The notes beneath the pieces were generated by a model that saw only the letters and a program-made list of their open reading frames with translations, did no database searches and was not told the origin of the DNA. Positions 40,901 through 53,000 of a stretch of 64,000 bases of DNA are shown piece by piece. Positions within the stretch are counted from its first letter, which is position 1; the number at the start of each line of letters is the position of its first letter. The position numbers and the translations under genes are program-made. The DNA is from Bugula neritina (taxonomy: Eukaryota > Animalia > Bryozoa): the NCBI GenBank assembly GCA_964035545.1, contig OZ037772.1, positions 5,274,233 through 5,338,232 on the forward strand, written 5' to 3'.

Positions 40901-42781
40901 GTGAGAAACTTATAACTCACCTGTCCGATTACCCACTGGCCACACCTTCCCAGCGATGTCATCCATAAACGTCTGCATGAGAATTACCCGATGATACTCA
41001 AGTAACGGAGTCACCTTGAAGTACGTGTCAAATGGGATCTGCATCTACAAATTCATACCTGACTACAGGTGACACATGACTACAGATGACACGTGACTAC
41101 AGGTGACACATGACTACAGATGACATGTGACTACAGATGACACCTGACTACAGATGACACCTGATTGCAGATGACACATGACTACAGATGACATGTGACT
41201 ACAGGTGACATGTGACTACAGATGACATGTGACTACAGGTGACACATGACTACAGATGACATGTGACTACAGGTGACACATGACTACAGATGACACATGA
41301 CACTTGGAAATTAAGTGGTGGGGGATCTTACCCATTACAATAAAATATTGATTGCTTCAATACACAAAACTTAATTATACATAATCTTCATAAAATTTTA
41401 GCAAAATTGGAGAAAATTGGGTGCTATGGTAAGAAAAGAAAACATTTATTGACTTTATAGATAAATTACTGTTGATTACGGCAGTGAGAAATTACCTCTC
41501 ACCAAAAACATGCCTTCTGGGGTCGCTGACCTTACCACAACAGCTGATATGAACAAATACTCTTTTAGTATTAATTTATTCTACATACTTTCAGGAAATA
41601 AATAATCTTTAGAGATATTGGTAAGAGCATCTAGCTGAGATTACTACTTTGAAAAACCTCTAAGCAAGTTATCAGAATGATAAGAGCACAATTGTTAACC
41701 GGATTAAAGAACTTTCAGAGATTACTGCAGGAAACTTAAAAGGAAACGCCCCAAGTTTGTGAAAACTCTTTCACGCTGTGCTCATGAAATGAAGATGCTC
41801 AGCCTACAAGCACTGTAACTCATTTGGCATATAACGACAGAGAGAGATATTTCGAGTCAACATACAGATGAAGAAGCAGCAGCTCTCCGATATTCTACCC
41901 AATGGGGAAGCACCAATGTTCTGTCGAGAGCTTTGGCAAACCTGAGGGCACCGAGGAACTGGTCAGCTTGGTTTCCAAACCGTCCTGTCAAAGTTACCAA
42001 AAAACTGAAAGCTGAATCAGCACACGTTATTTATAAAAAATAAATTGGGTAACAGGAACTCTTCTAGCATACATACAATAAAATATAATGAAAAAGAAAT
42101 TTTTTTTAACATTTGAAACTTTTTGCCTAAATAACATCTGTTAGTCTAGGGCCACACGGTGCGTATTTTCGCATGCGAAAAAGAAATCACAAGTAGCAAA
42201 GGTGTCCACTGTAGCGTCAGTGATGCGTGATAAATAAACCTTTCATTTTTAACTCGCACTCGCTTTCAATAAAACGCAATTTACTGGAATAAAGCACTAA
42301 AATAAAGAAATTGGGCTCGCTGAATAACTACCAGCCAATTAGGTGACGACGACAGAGACGATTCGCACTTGCGTTGAGAATGCTGAGCGACAAGTGCGAA
42401 TGTTTTCTCAACGCGTACAGTGGACACTTTTGCTACTTGTGATTTCAATTTTCGCATGCGAAAATACGCACCGTGTGGCCCTAGGCTTACTGGCACTAGC
42501 ATAGAAAGATAACTCTCAAACTAGAGACAACTACTGTCCAGAGATTCAGTATTACATATTAACTGAATAATAATTGGGTCCTAGCTTCAGCTTTAACAAG
42601 CAAGCAGATCCTATCAGTTAAAATGTCGAGATGTGATATATAACCAAATTAAAAAGAGCTCACCCATACAAGGACAAAATACTATGTAGCCCCTAGGGTC
42701 AACAGGGGGAGATGAGCTCGAGATTACATCCCAAAAGAGAGTGGCAACAAGTAGATGGAATTCTAGGCTAATGACCATCAT
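34980..42781 (-). CDS. POFUT1: GDP-fucose protein O-fucosyltransferase 1 (~383 aa)
   Basis: 8 phase-consistent exons: 42781-42664, 41984-41866, 41044-40921, 40474-40300, 39967-39775, 39387-39289, 38352-38212, 35162-34980. Motifs: signal peptide, [82 protein letters not shown]-terminal KDEL. Confidence 0.96.
35298..35970. repeat. 20-bp minisatellite (AACCCTAGTATTCTAA[A/G]TAT) x ~33
   Basis: Near-perfect tandem array in the last POFUT1 intron, varying almost only at one A/G position. Confidence 0.97.
35976..36386 (+). mobile_element. 5'-truncated RTE-clade LINE with 16-bp TSD
   Basis: GAKTW...EMRML...[11 protein letters not shown]...GKRNRG...DRARWR, with an in-frame stop; TSD ATTCTAAGTATAGCAA at 35960-35975 and 36387-36402. 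Confidence 0.9.
37611..38030. mobile_element. MITE family P copy 2 (diverged)
   Basis: GGGTCATTTTACTTTATTTAGTACAC...GTGTACTAAATTAAGTAAATTGACCC. Confidence 0.75.
38800..38965. repeat. Degenerate ~17-bp tandem repeat (TACACT[G/A]TTACATAGG)
   Basis: About 8 diverged units. Confidence 0.65.
41058..41303. repeat. 17-bp minisatellite (GACTACAG[A/G]TGACA[C/T][A/G]T) x ~14
   Basis: Direct reading; ends ~12 bp from the POFUT1 exon-3 acceptor. Confidence 0.95.
42149..42481. mobile_element. MITE family G copy 2 (POFUT1 intron)
   Basis: TIRs GGGCCACACGGTGCGTATTTTCGCATGCGAAAA, extended by aaatcacaagtagcaaa(g/a)gtgtccactgta; CTAG flanks. Confidence 0.92.
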
Positions 42782-43847
42782 CTAAAAAGAATAAGAGAAA
42801 AATACTAATAGTAGAAAATAGTGCAGCAACATTAATTAAATCTTAACATATATACTGAACTGCAATCTGCATTATGTTTATTGATAGTGATGGACATGTA
42901 AAAAATGGAAATGATATTACTAACAATATTAGTAGTAGTATTAATCAAATATAAAATAATCAAATATTAATACTAATAGTAATAGCAATACTTATACTAG
43001 CCTTAAGTCTAATAGTAATGGAAATGTAATACTAATAATATTAATAATACTATTAATAATAGAAACACTAACACTAACAGTAATGTAGAGTCTAAGTTTA
43101 ACACTACTAGTAAAACTTATAGAGTAAAAACTATAGTTCAAGTTATACTTATGCGAGTGATCATAATTAATATTACAATAATGGTGATTAATATTATCAA
43201 TAAATCAAAATATAATGGTTATAATTGTAATATTATTAATATTAATAAGTATATCTATAATATTACTTTAAGTATAATTATAACTATAAATATAACTAAT
43301 ATATGTAATAGGAATTATTAGTATTACTATTAGTATTACTATGAGCATGACTGTAATACTAATATTATTATTTCAATTTATAACTATAAGATTGAGTATA
43401 ACATAATTAACATTACCAATATTCAATATTGACAATGCTATTTCAAAGGAAATTGATACTCATACTGAAAGTCAACTTGAAGTAAAGTTCTGGTTGACAA
43501 TTCATAACGAATAATCATAATGATACTCATACTGATATCATAATGATCAATGAAATTGTAAAATGTAATACTAATTGATATTCATATTCTTGAAAGTGAA
43601 ACTTAACTTAAACTTAAAGTTCAAGTTAAACATTCAAATACGAATAGAATGAAAGAATAAAATCAAATATTTGTCTAAAACAAACATCACCCCTGTGATA
43701 ACCATACTTTTATATAGTTACTAGATCATTATCAACCTTAACATAGTATTCATGATGATAATAAATATCATATTGATTGAATTTGATACTAATCTAATAG
43801 TAATGGCGAAGGATACTCTGAAAAGAAGAATATTTATAATAAAACAC

Positions 43848-44000
43848 CTTGACGATGCTGAGTTCCGAATATTACTATCATAAACTAGGGCGTCTTATGT
43901 ACCGATCATTTCTTTTCTCAAACTGTCTAATTTTAGGGCTATTAAGTCGTAAAAACAATTATAGTGGTCACGCTACAATGCTGAGGCTGCCGCCATTACT
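43848..44000 (-). promoter_or_regulatory. Candidate POFUT1 first non-coding exon / core promoter
   Basis: The POFUT1 ATG sits directly after an acceptor (42782), so an upstream exon is expected. CpG-richer patch with YY1-like AATGGCGGC (43989-43997, minus) and donor-like AAG|GTGTTT at 43848. Confidence 0.3.
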
Positions 44001-44499
44001 ATGCCAATTGGTGGTGAAACTCGAACTATTATTTTGACTATAACAGCTATACTCTAAGTGTAAGTACAAGTAGACTATCCGTGCCTCGGTTAATATTAAT
44101 GTTGCAGTCACCACGACTAAATTAACATTATGATTTTATGCAGTCATTACTATTGCCATTAGTATTAGTACTACTATTAGTATTAGTATTAACGTCGCTG
44201 GTTTACTTTTAGTTTTAGTTTTACTTTTAGTTTTACTTTTAGCAGAGCCAGATGCCGAGCCCGATGGTATTCTCTGACTATTACTATTACTATTACTACT
44301 ACTATTAGTATTACTAATAGTAATTCCTAAGCTTAAGCTTTTCAGTTTCCAATTCTAATTGTAATTCTGATATTTTCGGAATTTAAGTGTAACTTAGACT
44401 TGTAACATTAGTTGAGTTGCAACTTGAATTTGTAAGTTCAAGTTGTAAGACTAAGTGTTAGTATTATTAATTGTTCAGTGGAACAAGAATTATTTCGAC

Positions 44500-44880
44500 C
44501 AATGAACTGTGTCCGTAATAGAATACTAGAACAACAATCTTGTGGAATTTAAACATGAGGCACACTGATTGTCATTGGTGATTGGTGACTACGAAGTGAA
44601 ATGGAGAATCTCGGCGAATATAGGAAACTTCCTAGAACTAACCACTAACTCAGCTTTTAGGAAGCATAACCAAAAGTCACCCTATTGACATTGTTATTGA
44701 AGCTTCTGGGGCTACAGACAAGACTGTAGCTACAAACAAGTAAACACTGATTCAACAGCCTAGCTTACTAGGATCAGCTCACATCTTGAGAAAGGTCATA
44801 TTTTTCTCAGTCGGTGGTGGAGGATTACACCAGCACTAAGCACAACTAATTTTAATCATAATGATAATACATATTATGAT
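44500..44880 (+). mobile_element. Decayed 3' end of a restriction-like-endonuclease non-LTR retrotransposon (R4/R2/CRE-like)
   Basis: Frame-disrupted TILWNF, PIDIVIEASGA and LIQQPSLLGSAHILRKVI (compare ILWDF, PIVIGALG, QK..LLG...ILRKVL), followed by a TAA-rich tail. Confidence 0.7.
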
Positions 44881-46129
44881 AATACATATTGATTATTTTG
44901 CTAATAACTTTTTTATTTTTGACTTCGATTCATAAGTTAGCCTAATACACTTACTATTAGTAGCAAACTTCTGGTTAATTTTATACTAATACTTATAGTT
45001 GTTAACTTCAATTTACCACTTGCTGTTAGTGTGACTCAATGGTGCAATTACATTCTCATTAGTCTGTCTGAGTAACCTTGAAGTGAATTACTGTTTGACT
45101 AGTGTTTTGAGTTAGTTTTATAAGTTGAGAATAACTTCAAGTGTAATATTATTCGCTATAAGTATAGCTAACAATAGAGCCAACAGGCAGCAGAACTATT
45201 ATTAGCAACATTAACCTTGACTATAAATAATCATAAAATTTTTCAAAGTATAGACATGCTGATGGAATTAAGTTGCAAAACTTACTGTAAATGTATAACT
45301 ATCGGTAATTGTGACAGTTATAATGATTTAATAAAATTTATCAAGATTAACGCTAAAAGTGTAACTGTATGAGGTAGAGTAAGGCCATTCCCATAGAGAT
45401 AGTTATCCTAGAATTCACCTTATAGGGATGTAACCTTAGGAACTTTGCCATTTCATATTATACTCAAATGATGCTAATTTTAATGTTTTTACTAGGCTGA
45501 CTGCAAGTTTGTTTAGTATAAGCAAGTGTATGCATAAGGTAGAATGTATCTAATGTATCGATTTATTTTCTCGACAAATGTAACATAAACCTACTTGAAA
45601 TTATATTTCAAAGTTCTCAAAAATCTTTTTTCGGATTTGAGAGCCATGTTAACGATTTTAGGTTACTTGACAGCAGATATAAGTCTATTTTTAATAATTA
45701 TATTGAGTAAATTATTTGCTGTAAAACTAGTTTAAAAGCTCACACCTATTGGCAATAATATTGTCAGTTTAGGTATTTTAATGGTTTATGACACCTTAAA
45801 CTAGTTTACAATGGACTACATTTTGAAAGGTAATTTTTCCGAATAGATCTACTGGTGCTCCGAATATTGTGTCGCTAATTTCCGTGATTGTAGTGATAGG
45901 CATGCAGTGACTAGTGCTATAGGCTAATGTTCAGAACCCCAACACCCTACTTTACAATTAAAATTGACGTTTCAACACATCTTACTGGACATTTATCCTT
46001 CACAAAGAACAGTTCATTTATTGTAATAAATATTTATTGTTCTCTAGCTGATATTTTTTGAGGTGAACTTTGTGCCTTGGTTGACTGTAGAGTGCTATTG
46101 TAGGTGAATCACAAAGTTGATTTGGAGCA

Positions 46130-49100
46130 ATGCCTACACCACAGGTTATTTTACTTTCTAATTTCTATGGCACTTACCTTGACAAAGAACGGTTCACGTC
46201 ATCGGCGATTGTCAACAATGCCGGTATTGAACAGCTGGCTTCGTTAGGTGAGCATCTGAATATAATTTCTGAGTCTTGAGAACTGGAGACGGTGATTATA
46301 GTTGTTCAACACTGTAGATATTTTGATAAACAATTTCTCCTATTTCGAAAACTAAGGTGGGGTGGCGTGTCAAGAACTTTCCTAGTATAAGTACCTCCTT
46401 GCAAATAAGTGTTATATAATATAGAAATCTAGTCAGCAAGACTTTGATCTTTTACTACATGCTCTCATGCTCTAGCATGCTTTCCTAATATAATGCATCA
46501 TGCACTGGCTTCTAAATGAGAAATACTAGTTTCATATATCCAGAAAAGCAGTACATATTTGACTAGATACTTGGGTTTTTGTCAAATTGTCTTCCTAATT
46601 GTGTGAAAAATTGAAATTTGGGCCCATTTTATGTCTATATATTATTTGGTGCCTGCATTATTTTATTTGCTATCCATCAAGGTGTATCGAAAGTAAAAGA
46701 AGTAAAAGCCGCAGTCCCTTCTTCTGACCCAATCTATGTTGTTATTCTCGCTGGGCTGACTGATGTTCTGATAAAAAGTATTGATGATGGCAAAAGTATG
46801 TTTTCACTGTTATTTATTGGAAATTTGAGTAACTTTTTTGGCTTCTACACAGTTTACTTCAGCTTTATTATGGCCTGTTTAGTATCTACATTAGTGTCGA
46901 GAAAACATCTGTGTGGTATATCATTGCATAGACAAACTGGAGATTACTCCCAACTCTACACAGCTGATCGAAACGAAAATGATGTGGGCTCAAAAGTTGT
47001 TGATTGCCGAAGGAGTGAAAATTGTTTGGGCAGTTATGCCCCCTATTAGCCTAAGAATGTATCACATGTCTGAAGGGTGGAATGTCGCTAAAATGTAAGT
47101 TTGCAATGTATGCTGATGCTACGAATACAGACATTGTACTTTTTTAACACATGAAACATGTTGTGACAATTTTGTAAGTTACCATATTCTTATGCTTGGA
47201 GCAGTTTTGTGGAATATTCTAGAATGCCTCCGACATTCATATCAACAAACTCTGTTTACAGTCCGGGAATGTCTAGTGGTTTGGATAAAGAGCAACGGTT
47301 GCTGAATGAGCGCATGCTGGACTATAGAGGGCTCTGTCTAAGACTCAACTCTAAAGATCACAAAAAAGTTACGCCTGGGCTATATTTTACCGACATGGTA
47401 TGTTTGATAGTCATTTGATTCAACAGCATCATTCATCATTATTTTCCCTGAGTTGTCTAGATTCAATGTAGGATGTGAGCTCATCAACATTGGATGTGGA
47501 TTTTTGTTGATCGCTTTGATTTCTATACCAGAGCACTATGGGAGTTGGCAAGGCCGTAGTGAGAATAGAAATTGAGATAAGGACGAATTGAGACAATCTA
47601 TGACTAATTCTCTTGCTCTCGGATATGCTAATATATGATTGAAAATTTTGTTGATATATGAGTCATTTTGCACACAATGTTTACAAGTATTCAATTTTTT
47701 TTCTCTTTTCATCTCATTCTCTTCTCATTCACCCGTTTTTTGCAGTCTTTTACCACACCCAATTCCACAGGCTTCTCTTCTTCATAGTATGTTTTACCAA
47801 CTTTTATACATCCAGGCTTTCCAAAATAGTTTCCTTTGACTATTACAGGTAACAGAGCTGTCAAATAATAAGTCCGCATTGAATTTGAATACAAGCTATT
47901 TTGAAAGTGATGGTATATCGCCAACTCCTGCTCTCATCAAAAACTGGAAAATGCAAGCTGACAAATTATTTGCTAGTCTTGAGCAAGCAGCTAGAAACTT
48001 GACCTCTGATTTCTCTGCCCGCGATGATCAATGGGCTTTACCCGCTCCCAAGAGACTATCTCTTGATCACAAGCCTTCGACTTTTAGACCAGACCAGATG
48101 CGTAGGCGTTCGAATTCACCTGACAGACTCCCAACTCCAACTAAGCGCGGCTATAATCATTTCGATTCTTTATCTGGTCCTGTACCACGTGGTGCAGAAA
48201 GATTTGATGAACCAGGAGAGTACAATAGGGGAAGACATCAGGGTTTTTCTCAAGATCACACAATTTCCAATATGCAACATGTTCATAGACAAAAGCGCCC
48301 AAGAGACTTTTCACCACCGCCCTCAAGTATTCCCAGTCTTCTTGATTTCCAGCCTGGACGGCCAACACCAAACCCCAATTTTGCTAACATTAACTCAACT
48401 GATCAAGCTCCAGAGCAGCTGGCTGCAGCTATGCAACTGCTTGCTTCTTCAATGAATCTAAACAGCTCTACTACCAATGTCCAAAGCATGGTCAATGCAA
48501 TAATTTCTCGACAAAAAGATGTAACAGACAGGGAAATTGAAATGCATTACGAAAAAGAACATGCACAGAGGTTATTAGAAAAAGAACAACATAGAACCCG
48601 AATGCTTGAAGAGGAGAGAAGAAGAGAAGCTCAAAAGCGACTTGAGGATGAAAAAAGGCAAGAAATTATTCGAAGAGAAAAATTTCTTCGAGAAGAGGAG
48701 CAAAGACGGAGGGAGGTGATTCAGCGGGACATCCTTCAAAAAGAGCAAATTCAACGTGAGCTGATACAAAAAGAGCAGATTCGCCGTGAGCTAATTAAAA
48801 AGGAAGAACAAAGAAAAAGACAGCAAGAGGAAGCGCGCCTACGAGAGGTACAGTTAGCTGCGAAACTAGCCATGGAACATCAGAAAATAGAAGAAGAAAG
48901 AAGACGGCAAGCTCAGCTAGCTTTAATGGCTGTCACCAATAAAGTTCGCAAACAAATGAGTGTAAATGCCATAAAGGCTGCAGCAGTAAAGTCTGCTTCT
49001 GTAACAGCATCTTCTCCATCCAATTCTGGAAATCGCTTTCCTAAATCTGGAAATGCACTAGATCGAATCAATGAAAAATTAAAAAATGATAAGTTAAAGA

Positions 49101-50002
49101 ATGACTCCCCAAAAGCTGATTTCAGAGTTGTAAATGATAAAGGATGGAAAAGTCCAGTAGTTTTGTTCAGTTTTGCAAACCGTATGAAAGAGCGCAAGCC
49201 TCTACGAGGTATCATTGGACCCAAGTTGACTAAAAACTCTAAAGAACTGTCTGACTATAAAAGTCGCGGTCAACGAATATATGCACAATCACTGAATGAT
49301 ATTGAAACAGTAGGTTACTTGAAAGTCACAGTTAAGCGGCCAGGATTCCTTACAGATTTTGAAAGTAAAGTGGCAGATTTTAACAACAGAGTGTTTGACA
49401 TGCTTTCTGAAAGTGAAACTCTGATAATGGAAGGTCGTGCTCAAAATTATATTGTAAGGCGCCAACTTGAATCCACTGGTGGCACTAGAAATCATTCATC
49501 TGAGGAACAGAAAGATGCTTCCGCGGATTCTAGTTCAACAGTGACGGAAAATTTGTCAAAGAATACACATGCCAGTAAAAGCGTTCGTAGCCGATTGGGT
49601 GATCAAGCAGTGGAAGATCTTCGCAACAGTCTTGGAAATACGGACGAGGATGTTTCGCAATCTCCCCAAGCTGTCCATAATGGCAAGGCCGTTGCTGTTC
49701 CATCTGCTACGGAATTTAAACCTCGCTGGGATAAGTCTGATGAATCGGAAGACGAGTTGCTATGGGACGATGAAGAGGTTACATCAACAAAACCTGCTTT
49801 AGATGAGGATGATGTAAAATCTGAGATTCATGATCTCACAACTGATGATGATGTAAAACCATCTCCTGCTGAGTTAGAGAAGGAAAAGGTAGTTGAAGAA
49901 GCGACTGTTGGTGGTGACTCAGCTGTCTCTGTTAAAGATGAACCAGATGAATCTGCTGAACAAAATGTTGATGAGTTTGTTACTATAGATGAAGCTGCTT
50001 AA
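46130..50002 (+). CDS. Uncharacterised ~894-aa protein: degenerate SGNH/GDSL-like domain + R/S/P-rich region + E/R/Q coiled coil + acidic tail
   Basis: Phase-consistent exons 46130-46247, 46682-46795, 46932-47094, 47262-47397 and 47849-50002 (2685 nt). SGNH-like blocks: VILLSNF, AGIEQL, YVVILAGLTD, KIVWAVMPP, LNERM...LN, DGISPT. The last exon is a 2.15-kb open frame. Confidence 0.8.
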
Positions 50003-53000
50003 GGTGTAACATCATCTCCGGCAATCATACTTTTTGACACTGAACTCTGATTCTACATTACTTTGTAGAATATAGTCTTTATTCCTTTTTCTTCACAAAA
50101 AATTAATTACTCTGTAAAACTTGTATGCACAATGGATTAGTTTTATGGTTTTCTTGCTTATGAAAACATTTTTCATTATCTATTCATGTGTTGTAAATAG
50201 AAACTGTGATCTGTCCTCACAACAATTCATTGCTGTTATTTCTATTCTTTGTTATTCCATTGGTCCAACAAAACCCCAAAATCATTTGTTACATGAGCAC
50301 ACGGATTTAGTTTCATTTTACAACTCCTTACATGTCACCATAAATTATTAATATGGTTATGCTCATCATTCTGTCGATTATAGTTGTCTTTGATAGTGTG
50401 ACATTGTCTGGTTTTAGTTCTGGATCATTTCCAGATGTTCAGCAGTACAGTTATTAATCAGTAATGCTATGAAAACATGCTTGAACTGATAGAATCTTAT
50501 CGGATCTCAGTGCAGTGATCTCAGTTGATATCTTGTCTATTCTACCGTGGTCATTGTTCATTTTGTGTATTTACCTTCATTTCCATTTCTTCGAAAGTAC
50601 CTCAGATAATCTTCGATGTTGTAGATGCTCATATTTTGGCTCCACTTGTTGCCACTATAAGTTTCCATTCACATACTGATTAACTCTTCGCAGGCATTAA
50701 AGCTGCTTAAGTCTTTTGGAACTGGATATATAATGTTTATCAGCCCGGCTTTGAGCCAACTTGGCTGCTTCATAAAATATCAGGCTGTTGGACGAATGCA
50801 CTTTGCGGATCCAGTTTTGCATTCTCAACTTTAAAATGACAGTTTCTGTATTCACTAAGGTGTTTCAAGATTACTCTAAGATAAAATACATAGCACACAA
50901 CTAAAATACTATCGATATAAAGTCATGCATTTTTATTACCTGCACCACAAACCCAACTTTGAAAGTATCTTGAGAATTCTTCCCAAAAATGTATTTACAA
51001 TTGTAGACAGAACTAAGTTAGTATTGTTTTATATCAACATTTGGACTTTTGAAAATTGGAGAATTTAAAAAAAACACACATTTTATGACATGACACATTG
51101 CTTAAAAGTGTGAGTGCATTGGTGAACTGAAGTGGTTTATAACCACCTTACCTCATTCCTACATAAATAAATGCTCAAATTTCACAAATCAAAGCTGTGA
51201 AGAAGTCGTGGTAACATAGCAAATCGATAATACAATAGCATTTTGTGCCATTCATAATTTTGGTTCAGAAAACTGAAAACATGTCAACAAATTGAGCATC
51301 TTAAAAATCAGCACGCCTGCAGAGCATGTTATGCAACTTTTCGAAACATGATTTATAGTGTTTCCCATCCAATTCTTTCAACACCATTCATATACAATCA
51401 AAGAATTTCGGTTTGAGAGGCCATTCTTGCATATGAACTCTTGTTGAACTGCTTGAGCAGAGATATGTCACTCTGAATCTCAAGAGTGGCTAGATGCCAA
51501 GATGTGAGCTAGGCAGCTCTATTGGTTACTTTGCTAGGTAAGTATCATGAGTGGAAGACAATTAATGAGGCTGGTTTGCCAGAATTCCAGTGAAACTGAT
51601 GCTTTTCTGTAATAAGACTCATAGAAACAGGGCATGGTTCATTGATATTTTATGAATGGAAATTTCTGATTAATGATTAATGCGACCTACTGCAAATGTA
51701 AAAAAAGTTTGGTTATTTTGTATGGTAATATATTCAAAACCTACAGATGTTTTGGTGTTCGGGAGACTTTGATGTCTTTCGTGTACTTCACCTTCCACAG
51801 CTGATATGTGGAATCAGACGTACACATTTCATATAGCTCCATAAAGCTCCTTTTTCCGAAGAAAACTCTACAGGTGACTCATTGGTTAGTATAAGCTTGT
51901 CATTGAAGAGTACCGGTGTGTGGCTCTTTTGGCTTCTGACAAGTGAGTTACGAATGGAAGCAGGTAAACTTTGACCCTTATGAAGTTCATACCATTATTT
52001 TACCTTTGGTGTTCTTCTGGTGATCAGATGATTGTAAGGTGATGCTCCTATGTGAAACCTCCATTTACATAACCCTTCGCAAGGTTTCCAATAGGGATCC
52101 AGGGTTGCCACCAACAGCCATGGCTACTACTTGCCCATTTGTCCATTTGACTGAAAACTTAACACATGGGCAAATAAATATGTTACGTGAGATAAATGGG
52201 AAAGTGGTATACACATATTGGCATAACTAGCTTTGCCCAAATGGCTAGCATGCCGATCGTTGTCTCTGGCGGTTCACTCTCGTAGCCACCAATCATTCTC
52301 CCTAGTGGTTGGTATTCTTGAAAAACACTTGTGACATTGACTGAAAATCTATTGCACCAAAACATCAAAATGCCTCATTTTTCGCCATTGAGACTTTAAT
52401 ATCAATTTTCATGAATGGGTAAAACTAGCTATTAGCCTGGGTTGTTCTACCAGATCACCTTATTATTCTACTGCAGCAACTGTCAATCATTTAAATATGC
52501 TCTTGCAACCCTCCGATCAGTTATTACTGCAAAGAACAAGCTCTCTCCGTTTTCGCTGTAATGTTAATTACGAAAATTATTGGACATTTCCACTCCTAAT
52601 ACATAATTTCGGTTGAATTGCTGGCCACTGTGTATTGAGTAAACGGTAACTCCATGAATTTCATTATCTGCTCCCGCAGCTTTGGGAAATTATTTTTCTC
52701 AAAAGTCCCCAACTGATTTAGGAAAAACAAATCCAACGACTAAAGAGGGAGGCGGGAAGTGCATATGCTTTTCACGTTGCAGGCTCACTTTGGCTAGTAG
52801 TGGACTTTTAGGGAGAAAATACTTCTGTGCCACTTTGTTGAATTGTTTTAACTAGAATGTGGAATAAAAATTCGAACTGGGTTACACCTATTACATTGTT
52901 TGGAGGCGTTGCCAAAGTTTAAGACCTTCTCTTGAAAGGTGTCGTTTTGATAGTTTTTGCAAAGTTTAATTTTATTTAATTGTGAAACCATGTCACTATA

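Noticed and set aside
18159-42781. Functional enzyme-substrate pairing of POFUT1 with the adjacent secreted protein
   Set aside because: POFUT1 modifies EGF repeats, while the neighbour has only WAP and CCP domains; adjacency alone is not evidence.
46618-47049. 143-aa ORF with apparent transmembrane segments
   Set aside because: Only 46682-46795 fits the spliced model; the hydrophobic parts are T-rich intron read-through and the next exon is in another frame.
48024-49802. Overlapping alternative-frame and antisense ORFs within the large exon
   Set aside because: Shadow ORFs of the 2.15-kb coding exon with no independent motifs.
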